This document shows positions 10,757 to 21,189 of a DNA stretch of 64,000 bases, one piece after another. The position numbers were made by a program, and so were the translations under genes. Every line of letters begins with the position of its first letter. Positions within the stretch are counted from its first letter, which is position 1. The notes below the pieces were generated by a model that had not been told where the DNA came from, searched no databases, and worked only from the letters and a program-made list of their open reading frames with translations. Source of the stretch: an uncultured bacterium (GTDB lineage Bacteria; Oederibacteriota; PGYV01; CAWJRG01); contig CAWJRG010000009.1 in the NCBI GenBank assembly GCA_963845185.1, forward strand, positions 416,001 through 480,000. Reading direction: 5' to 3'.

Positions 10757-11332
10757 ATGGCAGGAGGAGATCCGAAAAAACCAGGCTGGGTTACTGTTGT
10801 GTCAATACTAGGTATTATAATGGGCTGCCTGGGTATTTTCGGAGGCATACAGAACGCATCCTTGCCGAAGATATTGAAAGTAGAGAAACAATGGATGCCT
10901 GATATAATGAGCAACAACATTAATAGTAGGACGGAAGGCAGATTGGCAAAGCTAGATGCGCAAATGGCCAGGTTTGGAGTTACAAATACCGTAAAAATGC
11001 CTGAAGATTACACTAGGATGATGAATAAAATATTAAACTATCCCACCTGGTATGCTTTGTTTTGTTATATTGCGGGCGCAATGGGAGCTTTAATCGGCGG
11101 TTTTTACCTTTTTGCCTCAATAATCCTTCTGCAAAGAAAAAAAATAGGATTAAATATGTTTTATGTTGCGGCAAGCCTGAGTATGGTTTTTGTTTTAGCC
11201 AGGAGTATAGCAACTACAATCGCAAGCCCTATTTTCGGCGTAACAATGATTATTGGCTCGGCTTTTTCTATAATAGTAAATGTAGTGTTATTGGCTGTTG
11301 CGCTGGGCAGTGATAAAATAGGGTTTGTTTGA
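10757..11332 (+). CDS. Hypothetical membrane protein (about 4 TM)
   Basis: 191-aa ORF with hydrophobic segments and a GGAG RBS. Confidence 0.7.
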   Translation: MAGGDPKKPGWVTVVSILGIIMGCLGIFGGIQNASLPKILKVEKQWMPDIMSNNINSRTEGRLAKLDAQMARFGVTNTVKMPEDYTRMMNKILNYPTWYALFCYIAGAMGALIGGFYLFASIILLQRKKIGLNMFYVAASLSMVFVLARSIATTIASPIFGVTMIIGSAFSIIVNVVLLAVALGSDKIGFV

Positions 11333-11394
11333 TTTAGCATTCAGCATTTGGCATGCATTCAAGATTTAAATGCCAAATAAAAACGGAGTTGGTA

Positions 11395-12699
11395 ATGAAA
11401 AAAATTATTATTTATTTTGTTGTTTTAGTATTTTTAATAAGCTTAGTATGCTGCAACAGGAAAAATCCTGGCCCTACATCGCCTGTACAGCCGACCAATA
11501 CAAGCACCGCAACCCCGGCAATATTGACCATGACCATAACTGTTACGCGCACAGCAACGCAGGCAAGCACAGGTGCTTTCACGCCAAATGCGACGCCTAC
11601 AATTACAGAAACGTCAGTTATACCAACGGAAACAAATACATTCATACAGGGTTCCATGACTTTGACTGAAATTGTTATGACTGTCACGGCGACAATCACG
11701 CTGACAGGAATATTTACAATAACAGGGACAGAAACGTATACGGCAACTCCTGCAATGACAAAAACAGAGACAATTACAAATTCGTCGACAGCCATAATAA
11801 CAGAAACAGCTACGGCAACGAATACTCCTGTACCTGGTAGCATATGGACGCAGGCAACAGGCGCAGCCGGATTCAGCGGAAGAATGTTCCATTCCAGCGT
11901 GGCATATAACAATGAAATGTGGGTAATAGCAGGGGTTGACAGCAGCGGGGATAAAAACGACGTATGGCATTCAAGCAACGGGATAGACTGGGCGCAGGCG
12001 ACAGGAACAGCGGTATTCAGCGCAAGAGGGAGGCATACCAGCGTGGTATTCAACAATGAAATGTGGGTAATAGCCGGACAAGGCGTCAAGGCTTATAATG
12101 ATGTTTGGAATTCGGCAGACGGTATAAACTGGAATGCAGCTACAACAACAGCAGCTTTTAGCGCAAGGGACAGCCATACCAGTGTGATATATAACAATGA
12201 AATATGGGTAATAGGAGGGTTTGACAGCAGTGGGGATAAAAATGATGTTTGGTATTCAAGCGACGGCATATACTGGACGACTGCGACGGCTGCGGCAGCT
12301 TTCGGCGCAAGGGACAGCCATACCAGCGTGATATATAATAATGAGATATGGGTAATAGCAGGGTTTGACAACAGTATAGGTAATGATAAAAACGATGTGT
12401 GGTATTCAAACGACGGCATAAGCTGGGTGCAGGCTACGGCAGCGGCAGCTTTCAGCGCAAGGTATAGCCACGCCAGCGTAGTATATAACAATGAAATGTG
12501 GGTAATAGGAGGGGAAGATACCAGCAATGTAAAAAACGACATATGGCATTCGGCAGACGGCATAAACTGGACTGAGGCGACAGCAGCAGCCGGATTCAGC
12601 GCAAGGTATGCGTCTGCCAGTATTTTATATAACAATGAAATTTGGTTGATAGCAGGATATGACGGCAGTTATAAAAGTGACGCATGGTTATCACAGTAG
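11395..12699 (+). CDS. Putative lipoprotein with Thr-rich stalk and six-bladed Kelch-like propeller
   Basis: MKK start, hydrophobic stretch, then a Cys lipobox-like site; ~120-aa Thr-rich region; six ~47-aa repeats FSAR..H.SV.YNNEMWVI.G...NDVW.S.DGI.W. Confidence 0.8.
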   Translation: MKKIIIYFVVLVFLISLVCCNRKNPGPTSPVQPTNTSTATPAILTMTITVTRTATQASTGAFTPNATPTITETSVIPTETNTFIQGSMTLTEIVMTVTATITLTGIFTITGTETYTATPAMTKTETITNSSTAIITETATATNTPVPGSIWTQATGAAGFSGRMFHSSVAYNNEMWVIAGVDSSGDKNDVWHSSNGIDWAQATGTAVFSARGRHTSVVFNNEMWVIAGQGVKAYNDVWNSADGINWNAATTTAAFSARDSHTSVIYNNEIWVIGGFDSSGDKNDVWYSSDGIYWTTATAAAAFGARDSHTSVIYNNEIWVIAGFDNSIGNDKNDVWYSNDGISWVQATAAAAFSARYSHASVVYNNEMWVIGGEDTSNVKNDIWHSADGINWTEATAAAGFSARYASASILYNNEIWLIAGYDGSYKSDAWLSQ

Positions 12700-12820
12700 G
12701 ATAAATTAATAATCAAAAAATTTTCAATTTCCAATAAAAAGATGTAAAATATATTATAGGTTTTTAATTAAGTTAGATAATTAGCAATTATAAAACAAAC
12801 AATATCAAGGGAGGCAAGAA

Positions 12821-13507
12821 ATGATTAAAAAAGTATTGGTTGTTATCTTCATGGTTTTAATGGTTTCGGTTATTTTTGCGGCGGATAACACGCCTGTGGG
12901 AACGGCAAATGTGACAGGTACTGCTTCGCCTTTTTACGCGGGAAAATTTGCAATCGGTTACAACGGCGGCTTGAATTTCAGGTTCTTTCCGTCTGAGGCG
13001 TGGGGTTTTGAAATCCCTTTATCTGGAAATGTTTCCAGCCCTTATTATACAAATGTAGCGAATTCCTACCGCTGGAGCGCAGTAACAGGGGTTAATTTAT
13101 TACTACCCATTAAAAACAATTTCGAAACATGTATCTGGTTTGAGCCTGGCATAGTTTTAGGAAGCAACGAACTGTATTCGGAACTGCAAGTACCGGGAGA
13201 CGGTGATTCGTATGGCGCATTCAACAAAATGGACCAGTATTTATATACATTTTATGCAGGCATAACCTTTGGTTTGGAAGCGGAATTGTTTTTAAACAAA
13301 ATCTGGGATAAATTACCCAGGAATATAAGTATTGGAAGCAAAATAGCTCTCACGGGCACATGGAATTTAAGTGAATCGTGGGATACAAATATTTATAACA
13401 ACGGGTTTAAAAGGAATTACGATTATTCAAAGGCTATCGGCTGCAGTTTCAGCATGCTGAGCAGCACAAACGCCCTGATGTTTTTTACAATCAGATATTA
13501 TTTTTAA
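12821..13507 (+). CDS. Putative outer-membrane beta-barrel protein
   Basis: Signal peptide, amphipathic beta-strands, C-terminal IRYYF signature. Confidence 0.6.
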   Translation: MIKKVLVVIFMVLMVSVIFAADNTPVGTANVTGTASPFYAGKFAIGYNGGLNFRFFPSEAWGFEIPLSGNVSSPYYTNVANSYRWSAVTGVNLLLPIKNNFETCIWFEPGIVLGSNELYSELQVPGDGDSYGAFNKMDQYLYTFYAGITFGLEAELFLNKIWDKLPRNISIGSKIALTGTWNLSESWDTNIYNNGFKRNYDYSKAIGCSFSMLSSTNALMFFTIRYYF

Positions 13508-13515
13508 TTGCCCAC

Positions 13516-15573
13516 ATGAGTCAATTTGTGAAAAAAATTTTGCCTTTAATAATTTTTTTGTTTTGCTTCAACATTTTTGCATGCGCTGATAATACCGATG
13601 AAGAAAAGTATTTTTCAAAAGGTAAAACTGCATTTGACTTAGAAAAATATGATGAGGCAATCAAATATTTTGATGAAGTAATACAGCTTGACCCGAAAAA
13701 CGCCGAGGCATACGCTTTCCGTGGACGCGCAAAAAATGGGATAAAAGACAAGAGTGCGATTGACGACTGCAATAAGGCGATGGAATTAAACCCTTTGCTT
13801 GCGATAGCATATCTTGGTCGGGGAAGATATAAATATGACCTGGACGACTGCAATGAAGCGATCAAGGATTATAACAAGGCAATAGAACTTGACCCTAAAC
13901 TTGCAAGAGCTTATGTTGCCCGCGGAGCTGCAAAATGGAAATTAGGCGAGAACGATGAAGCTATTGAAGATTGTAACAAAGCAATAGAACTTGACCCTAA
14001 ACTTGCAATGGCGTATCTCAACCGCGGAGTTGTAAAAAAGGCGTTAAAAGATTATGCGGGAGAGATCGAAGATTATAATAAAGCGATACAGCTTAACCCC
14101 GAACTTTCAGAGCCTTATTGCAACATGGGCAGTGCAAAGATTACGTCAAAAGATTATATTGGAGCGATTGAGGATTGCAATAAAGCAATAGAACTTAATC
14201 CAAAACTTACGGAGGCTTATAACAACAGAGGGGATGCTGAAGATAAATTAGGTAAGTACGATGAAGCTGTTAAGGATTGTAACAAGGCGATAGAACTTGA
14301 CCCTAAACTTAAGGAGGCTTATATCAACCGCGGAATTGCTGAAGATAAATTAGGCAAGTACAATGAAGCAATCAAAGATTGCAATAAGGCAATAGAACTT
14401 GACCAAAAGTATGCACTGGCTTATTGCGAACTTGGGGTTATTTCAATTAACTCAGGCGACTACAAAGGCGCAATTCAATATTTTGACAAGGCAATCGAGC
14501 TTGACCAAAAATATGCAGATGCTTTTATTAACCGTGGGATTGCTAAAGACAAATTGGGCAAGCATGATGAAGCGATTAATGATTATGATAAGGCAATAGA
14601 ACTTGCTCCAAAGTATGCAATGACTTATGTCAACCGTGGGACAGCTAAATATGAATTGGGCAAATATGACGAATCTATTAAAGATTATAGCAGGGCAATA
14701 GAACTTAATCCAAAGTATGCAGAAGCTTATAACAACCGCGGTAGTGCTAAAGATTACTCGGGCGACTATGCGGGCGCAATTAAGGATTTTGATGAAGCAA
14801 TAGAACTTGACCCGAAATATGCATTGGCTTATGTCCGCCGCGGGATAATTGAAGATAAATTAGACAAGTATGATGATGCGATTAAAGATTATGGCGGTGC
14901 TATAAAACTTGTTCCTAAATATGCCTATGCTTATGCTTGCCTTGGGGATGCTAAAAATAACTCAGGCGACTATACAGGCGCAATTAAGGATTTTGGTACG
15001 GCAATTGAGTTTAACCCGAATTATGCGGAGGCTTATTGCGACCGCGGGATTGTTGAAAATAAATTAGGCAAGTATGACGAAGCCATTAATGATTGTGACA
15101 ATGCAATAAAACTTGACCCTGAGCTTGCGGAGGCTTATATCAATCGCGGGCTTGCAGAGAATGCGATAGATGATTATTCAGGGGCGCTTAATGACAGCAA
15201 TGAAGCGATAGGGCTTAACCCAAACTCTGCGGAGGCTTATATAAACCACGGGCTTGCAATGTATTATTTGGGGGACTATACAAGAGCAATCGATGATTTT
15301 AATAAAGCGATAGAGATTAAACCCGGACTTGCAATAGCTTATAACAACCGCGGACTTGTAAAAAATGCATTAAAAAAATATTCAGGAGCGATTGATGACT
15401 GCAACAGAGCAATAGACCTTAACCCTAAACTTGCGGAGGCTTATTACAACGGCGGGATTGCCGAATATAATTTAGGTGATGAGGAAAGTGCCATTAAAGA
15501 TTTAAAAAAGGCAGAAAAACTAGGATATAAACAGGCATATGACTTGATCAAGAAAATTCAGGGAAACAAATAA
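13516..15573 (+). CDS. Secreted TPR-repeat protein (about 18-19 TPRs)
   Basis: 34-aa periodic AY.NRG.A...LG.Y.EAI.D.NKAIELDP repeats; N-terminal signal. Confidence 0.9.
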   Translation: MSQFVKKILPLIIFLFCFNIFACADNTDEEKYFSKGKTAFDLEKYDEAIKYFDEVIQLDPKNAEAYAFRGRAKNGIKDKSAIDDCNKAMELNPLLAIAYLGRGRYKYDLDDCNEAIKDYNKAIELDPKLARAYVARGAAKWKLGENDEAIEDCNKAIELDPKLAMAYLNRGVVKKALKDYAGEIEDYNKAIQLNPELSEPYCNMGSAKITSKDYIGAIEDCNKAIELNPKLTEAYNNRGDAEDKLGKYDEAVKDCNKAIELDPKLKEAYINRGIAEDKLGKYNEAIKDCNKAIELDQKYALAYCELGVISINSGDYKGAIQYFDKAIELDQKYADAFINRGIAKDKLGKHDEAINDYDKAIELAPKYAMTYVNRGTAKYELGKYDESIKDYSRAIELNPKYAEAYNNRGSAKDYSGDYAGAIKDFDEAIELDPKYALAYVRRGIIEDKLDKYDDAIKDYGGAIKLVPKYAYAYACLGDAKNNSGDYTGAIKDFGTAIEFNPNYAEAYCDRGIVENKLGKYDEAINDCDNAIKLDPELAEAYINRGLAENAIDDYSGALNDSNEAIGLNPNSAEAYINHGLAMYYLGDYTRAIDDFNKAIEIKPGLAIAYNNRGLVKNALKKYSGAIDDCNRAIDLNPKLAEAYYNGGIAEYNLGDEESAIKDLKKAEKLGYKQAYDLIKKIQGNK

Positions 15574-15602
15574 ATTATTAATTTTCTATTGAGGAGACTC
15601 CT

Positions 15603-16628
15603 ATGAAAAAAATTTTATCAATTTTAATTTTTTTATTTTGTTTCAGTATTTTTACCTATTCCGGCAGCAATGACGCCAAAAAATACTTACAGTCAGGGAT
15701 TGTGAAAACCAAATCCGGCGATTACAAAGGCGCAATAGGGGACTGCAATCAGGCGATAAAGCTTAACCCAAAATACACAGATGCCTATATCGCCCGGGGG
15801 GTTGCTGAAAATGCCCTAGGTGACTATTTAAGTGCAATTAAGGATTTATCCATGGCCATAGAGCTAGACCCGAAAAACGAACTTGCTTATTACAACAGCG
15901 GGCTTGCTAAAGCCCGTATGCGTAAATATGACGAAGCGATTGAAGATTATGATATGGCAATAGGGCTTGACCCGAAGTTTGCCGGAGCTTATAACAACCG
16001 CGGATTTGCCAGAGCCAATTTACGTAAATACAAAGAAGCAATTAAGGATTATGAGACGGCAATAAAACTTGACCCGAAAAACGCTTTTGTATATAACAAC
16101 CGCGGGAATGCCGAAGATGAATTAGGCGACTATGAAGGCGCAATAGAGGATTATACAAAAGCCATAGAGTATGACCCGAAGTACTCTTATGCCTATAACA
16201 ACCGCGGGGCCGCAAAAAATAAACTGGGCAGATTTAATGAAGCGGTCAAGGACTATGACACGGCAATAGGGCTTGACCCGAAAAATGCGCTGGCTTACAA
16301 CAACCGCGCGAAAGCCAAAGACGACTTAGAGGACAAAAAAGGCGCAATTGAGGATTACACCAAAGCCATAGAGCTTGACCCGAAGAACCCGATTTTGTAT
16401 GTCAGCCGCGGCGCTTCCGAATATGATTCGGGCGACTATAAAGACGCAGCTGAGGATTATACAAAAGTCATAGAGTTTGACCCGAAGGCTGTGGAGGCTT
16501 ATTTTAACCGCGGCCTAATTAAAAACCATATGAGTGATAAGCAGGGTGCAATTGATGATTTAAAAAAGGCATGGGAACTAGGAGATAATGAGGCTTTAGA
16601 CAAAATCAAGGAAATACAAGGCAAATAA
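15603..16628 (+). CDS. Secreted TPR-repeat protein (about 9 TPRs), paralog of the upstream gene
   Basis: Same repeat consensus, similar signal (KKIL..IFLFCF.IF) and C-terminus (DLKKA..LG...A...IK.IQG). Confidence 0.9.
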   Translation: MKKILSILIFLFCFSIFTYSGSNDAKKYLQSGIVKTKSGDYKGAIGDCNQAIKLNPKYTDAYIARGVAENALGDYLSAIKDLSMAIELDPKNELAYYNSGLAKARMRKYDEAIEDYDMAIGLDPKFAGAYNNRGFARANLRKYKEAIKDYETAIKLDPKNAFVYNNRGNAEDELGDYEGAIEDYTKAIEYDPKYSYAYNNRGAAKNKLGRFNEAVKDYDTAIGLDPKNALAYNNRAKAKDDLEDKKGAIEDYTKAIELDPKNPILYVSRGASEYDSGDYKDAAEDYTKVIEFDPKAVEAYFNRGLIKNHMSDKQGAIDDLKKAWELGDNEALDKIKEIQGK

Positions 16629-16693
16629 TGGGCATTTAATATTAGGTAATGCAAATTTCCATTGATTCTGTGACACATTAGTTGATTATTTTC

Positions 16694-16800
16694 AAATGTG
16701 CCTTTTGACGCAACATATAATGTGCCAAAAGGCACATTTACATATATTTATTCTTATAAACATGCATATTATATGATTTATTTATAGGCATAGGAAATGC
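16694..16800 (+). promoter_or_regulatory. Putative sigma54 promoter with upstream palindromic enhancer sites
   Basis: GG-N10-GC element (TAGGCATAGGAAATGC; GG 16787-88, GC 16799-800). Upstream inverted repeat AATGTGCCTTTTG...CAAAAGGCACATT and an AT-rich spacer. Confidence 0.55.
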
Positions 16801-16856
16801 TATATATCTAACAATAAAGTTACAATTAGGTAAGACCTTGAAAGGAGGCGGTTTTT

Positions 16857-17210
16857 ATGAAGACAGGAATGGTAGAATTTGAAAGCGAAACGTATACATA
16901 CAGGGAAATGGCTTTAAGGTATAAAATGTTACAGGATAACACGCAATTAGGTGTTTATGGCTTCGAAAACGCAAAAACCCGCGCGATATTTGAGGATGGT
17001 ATTTGTGTGCTGACAGAGAACAGGCTTGAAAAAGGCAACCTAATAAAGATTGAATTATCCATAGACACTAGGATCCTGAAGGCATTCTGCGATGTAGAGT
17101 GGTGTAATTGGGATGATGAGGCGGGTGCGTATGAGGCGAAATTGACTTTTATTGCCTTAAAAGAAGAAGACATACTTGCGCTGGCTCAATTTATAAAGAA
17201 AAATCGCTGA
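16857..17210 (+). CDS. PilZ-like domain protein (degenerate c-di-GMP motifs)
   Basis: Similar to the 10352 ORF (GIC.......G....IE..I......KAFC.VEWC); lacks clear RxxxR and D/NxSxxG motifs; AGGAGG RBS. Confidence 0.7.
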   Translation: MKTGMVEFESETYTYREMALRYKMLQDNTQLGVYGFENAKTRAIFEDGICVLTENRLEKGNLIKIELSIDTRILKAFCDVEWCNWDDEAGAYEAKLTFIALKEEDILALAQFIKKNR

Positions 17211-17288
17211 TTTATTCCGTGATTGCGGACGAAGACAACCAGTGGTACTGTCTAAGCGTCGCGGAATATGGCGAAGCGTGAATTTAGC

Positions 17289-17327
17289 AAAAAAAACACC
17301 ATGGGCTTAATCCCATGGATTTTTTTT
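17289..17327. terminator. Bidirectional intrinsic terminator between convergent genes
   Basis: A-run, CCATGGG-cttaat-CCCATGG hairpin, T-run. Confidence 0.7.
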
Positions 17328-17379
17328 AGGCTGGTTAAACTTGAAAACATTTAGGAAGAACAAACAAATAATTTTTAAA

Positions 17380-19359
17380 TCATTGCTTATGCTGGGCTGA
17401 AAGAGCCTGCATTAAAGCTTTCATGTCTTTATAAGCTGCAAGTTTCTTTTCAGTGTCTGTTTGCCTTGATATATAAACATTAAACCAGTTTAATGCCTGT
17501 TGAGGGTCAAAAGCTGTGTACATGTTTATCAGGATTCCCATAGCCGTTAAATCATAGGGGTCTATTTTAACTGTTTTCAAAAGATATTCTGCCGATACCT
17601 GGATATTTTTTTCATCATAATAATACATATAAGCAATAATTTTAAGGATTGAGGGGTTATCAGGGGAAATAGATTCGGCCGCGTCGCAGTATTTTTTAAA
17701 AGAATTTATATCGCCGGACGCCATTGCATATCTGGCATACTGGATAAAATGCCTGGACAGCACTTCTCTGTAATAGATATCATTGTTTTTATTGTTAAAA
17801 TAGTCCCTGAAACTGGCTATTCTCATGAGCTTATCCGCATTAACAAGCGGTGAATTAAGATCCATCATGATGTAATCAACGCCGTATGGCTTTGTTTTCA
17901 GATGTTGCGCTTCGTATTCATTAGTGTCAGTGTAAAAGACTTTTCCCGGATTTTTAAGGCATATACTGGATTCAATAGCGTCGGCATCGGCGCGCGTGAA
18001 TTTATAGCGAATTATTTTATAAATTGACCTGTCAAAAAAAGAACCGTACCGGTCGTAAATCTGTATATCAAGGCCCTGCTTGCGCACATACCTTGAATAT
18101 AGCAGATCGTAAGTAGGGCAGTCGAGTTCAACAAAAAGTATATCCCCGGGATGTAATATGCCGAGTATGTTGTTTGAAATATCATAACTCAGGAATTTTT
18201 TTGAGGCATTATTTTTATCAAAGTTTGAAAAAAGCATTAAAACAGGTATTAGAAAAAAAAGGGATGAAACAAATAAAATATTTATCCCGTATTTTTTATT
18301 TGCGGCATCCTGCAGTGCACATATGCCGATGGACGCGATAAAAAGAGTAAAAATATCCGTGATGAGGTAAAAAATTTCATTTATATGTGTGAAAACCGGA
18401 GAAAAAGAATAGGTAGTCATGACAATAAGCAGGAAAGTGTTCAAAGCAATGAAAAAAATAAAGACAAGAAACATTTTTTTGTTTTTAAAATAAGCAGTGT
18501 AAAGCCCGTAAAAGAGAAAAATAATTAAGATGTTATAGGATTTGATATACTGCAAAATATAATTAAAAATCTTTGTAAAAAATGCGTAAAAGGAAAAAGG
18601 GGTTTGCGTTACGCTAAAATAAACCGTTCTGAAAATATGATTTATTACTTCGCCGGCCGTGTAAATTTCATCCCAGCAGATAACAGGCCTGGCTTTTACC
18701 CTGATGAAAAGGTATATAAACGATGTTACGACGGAAAATATGAAAAAAAGGCAGGCAAAAGCAAGTCGTTTTGTATTGTTATTATGCATAGAAGCGGAAA
18801 AAAGAATGACCACGCAAAAAATTACAAATAAAAGCGTTATGTGATGCAGCGCTGGCAGAAAGCCCGCGGCATAAGCTGCCATGTATAAATGCGGCGGTCT
18901 GCCTGATTTAACAAAAGATACGGTAAAATAATATGCTATAAGTATAAAACAGTACGTTATAAGGTATATGCTGCCTTTGGCGTGGACAGTCTGACTCCAT
19001 AAAAGCGTTGAAAAAATAAAAACAAACGCTGTAAGTATAGAAACGACGTTTGCCTGTTTTGGGGGGGCATTGAAAAATTCCCGAAGGGTAAAAGAACTGC
19101 ACATGAAAAAAAGCAGAAATATGCAGACACCGGCGGAGGCAGACATTAAATTTACCCGGAAGGCTATGTCGGCAAGGGGAATATTGGTGAAAATTTTGCC
19201 AAGAAGCATTTGCAATGGATAACCAGGCGGATGGCCTATGCCGAGCGTGTAGGCTGCGCTGGCTGTCTCTCCTGAATCGCCGAGATATGCGGTGGGGCAA
19301 GATGTGGAAATAAAAACAGCAGCTATAATAATCGCTAAAGCAGCTAATATATATTTCAT
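17380..19359 (-). CDS. DUF2723 (TMEM260-like) GT-C membrane protein with C-terminal TPR
   Basis: GDSGE.....TLGI.HPPGYPL motif, RVNLMSA, many TM segments, TPR-like C-terminus. Confidence 0.85.
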   Translation of the reverse strand: MKYILAALAIIIAAVFISTSCPTAYLGDSGETASAAYTLGIGHPPGYPLQMLLGKIFTNIPLADIAFRVNLMSASAGVCIFLLFFMCSSFTLREFFNAPPKQANVVSILTAFVFIFSTLLWSQTVHAKGSIYLITYCFILIAYYFTVSFVKSGRPPHLYMAAYAAGFLPALHHITLLFVIFCVVILFSASMHNNNTKRLAFACLFFIFSVVTSFIYLFIRVKARPVICWDEIYTAGEVINHIFRTVYFSVTQTPFSFYAFFTKIFNYILQYIKSYNILIIFLFYGLYTAYFKNKKMFLVFIFFIALNTFLLIVMTTYSFSPVFTHINEIFYLITDIFTLFIASIGICALQDAANKKYGINILFVSSLFFLIPVLMLFSNFDKNNASKKFLSYDISNNILGILHPGDILFVELDCPTYDLLYSRYVRKQGLDIQIYDRYGSFFDRSIYKIIRYKFTRADADAIESSICLKNPGKVFYTDTNEYEAQHLKTKPYGVDYIMMDLNSPLVNADKLMRIASFRDYFNNKNNDIYYREVLSRHFIQYARYAMASGDINSFKKYCDAAESISPDNPSILKIIAYMYYYDEKNIQVSAEYLLKTVKIDPYDLTAMGILINMYTAFDPQQALNWFNVYISRQTDTEKKLAAYKDMKALMQALSAQHKQ

Positions 19360-19379
19360 TGTATACCCCAGGTTTGAAA

Positions 19380-21131
19380 TTATGAACTGTTTTTAAGCAG
19401 TTCTTTTGCAGCATTCATTGCCGATGATGTAACTTTTTCTCCGCTTATCAGCTTGGCTATTTCATGCACTTTTTCATCATTATTTAATTTTTTAATCGTG
19501 GTTTCACTTTTATTGCCTTTTACTACCTTTTCAACCGAATAGTGCAGTTTCGCGAAGCTGGCTATCTGGGGCAGATGGGTTATGCATATAACCTGTTTTT
19601 TTCCTGAAATTTCATTCAGCTTTTTGCCTACTACCTGGGCTATTTTACCTGAAATCCCAGTGTCAATTTCATCAAAGACCATAACAGGTATTTTATCTAT
19701 TTCAGACAGGATATTTTTAATGGAAAGCATTATCCTGGATATTTCGCCGCCCGAGGCGACTTTTACAAGCGGTTTAACATCTTCTCCGGGGTTTAACGAT
19801 ATGAGAAATTCAACCGTATCAATGCCAATAGGCGTCACCCTTAATATTTTTCCGCTTATTTCGACGGATAAATCCGCGGTTTCACTGCCGTTTATGACTG
19901 TCTGCTTTACATCGACTATGAATTTGCCGTGGGCAATACCTAAGTCTTTTAATTCCTCCTCGATTCTTTTGCCAAGCTCTGCTGCTTTTGCTGTCCTGAT
20001 CTTAGAAAGATTTTCACATTTTTTCGAAAGGGCAGCAAGAAGCGAGTTTTTTTCTTTGTTTTTTTCTTTTATGGATTCCTCGTTTAATTCGATGGTTTTA
20101 CGTTCCTGCTTGAGTTCGGCAAAATATTCCCTGATTTCCTTTATTGTGGTTTTTCTGTATTTTTTCATGAGGGTTTCAAACAGCTCTATTCTTTCTTCAG
20201 TGTCCTGAAGTTTGTTTTTGTCAAATTCGACTCGATCCCTGTAGCTGATAAAAAAATCCTTGATTTCTCCTGCTTTTATCAGGGCGTCGTCAATTATGCC
20301 GTCATATGCGGCTGTGATTTTGTCTATTTTTCCTATTGCCTGCATATTTTCTTTTGCCTTTTCAAGCAGAGATATTGCGCCTTCACCTTCCATGTCAAGA
20401 GAAGAAGGGGAAAGGGATGTTATGATATTGTTAATTTCGTTTTTTATAGCTTCGGTGTTAATCATTATTTCGCGTTCCCTTAAAAGGTCATCGTATTCGG
20501 TATCAGACGAAAAGTTTGCCTGCTCAATTTCGTTTATCCTGTAACTTATGGTATCGAGCCTTTCCTGCTTTTCGGACTCAATAACCTGGAGTTTGGAAAT
20601 CTCGGAATTCAAGGCAGCGAGCCTGTTGTAAAGACCGCTGACTTCTGCTCGGGCATTTGAAGCGCTGGCGTAGTCGTCAAGGAGGTCAATATGTATATCC
20701 GGTTTTAAAAGCGACTGGTGCTCATGCTGACCGTGTATGTCAATTAAGAGTTTACCAATTTTTTCAAGCAACGAAAGGGAAGACAAAGCATTGTTTATAT
20801 AAACTTTGCCTTTTGAAGCGCGGTTTATTTCCCTTTTTATGAGAAGAGAATCATCTGTTTTTTCTATTCCTGCTTCCTCGAGCAGGGGATTTAAAAGTTT
20901 TTTTAAGGATTCACTGCGCGTTAAATCAAAAACAGCCTCCACTGTGGCTTTTTCTTCCCCTGTCCTTATATTTTCAGGAGAGGATTTTTCGCCTACGGCT
21001 ATGTTCAAAGCACCGATTATTATGGATTTACCAGCCCCTGTTTCGCCGGTAAGTATGTTTAGCCTGTCGGAAAATTCGATTTCTATGTCTTTTATCAGCG
21101 CGTAATTCTGTATTTTTAAAGCGGATAACAT
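19380..21131 (-). CDS. recN: DNA repair protein RecN
   Basis: TGETGAGKSII, DIHGQHEHQ, ASGGE.SR.ML, FDEIDTGISG, ITHLPQIA. Confidence 0.97.
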   Translation of the reverse strand: MLSALKIQNYALIKDIEIEFSDRLNILTGETGAGKSIIIGALNIAVGEKSSPENIRTGEEKATVEAVFDLTRSESLKKLLNPLLEEAGIEKTDDSLLIKREINRASKGKVYINNALSSLSLLEKIGKLLIDIHGQHEHQSLLKPDIHIDLLDDYASASNARAEVSGLYNRLAALNSEISKLQVIESEKQERLDTISYRINEIEQANFSSDTEYDDLLREREIMINTEAIKNEINNIITSLSPSSLDMEGEGAISLLEKAKENMQAIGKIDKITAAYDGIIDDALIKAGEIKDFFISYRDRVEFDKNKLQDTEERIELFETLMKKYRKTTIKEIREYFAELKQERKTIELNEESIKEKNKEKNSLLAALSKKCENLSKIRTAKAAELGKRIEEELKDLGIAHGKFIVDVKQTVINGSETADLSVEISGKILRVTPIGIDTVEFLISLNPGEDVKPLVKVASGGEISRIMLSIKNILSEIDKIPVMVFDEIDTGISGKIAQVVGKKLNEISGKKQVICITHLPQIASFAKLHYSVEKVVKGNKSETTIKKLNNDEKVHEIAKLISGEKVTSSAMNAAKELLKNSS

Positions 21132-21189
21132 TTTTTACACCTTTGAATTAAAAAAAATTTTATGCAGGATTTTACTATGCCCTGCAATT

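Noticed and set aside
11412..12635. Long minus-strand repeat ORFs over the Kelch-like gene
   Set aside because: Antisense shadows of the Thr-rich and Kelch repeats.
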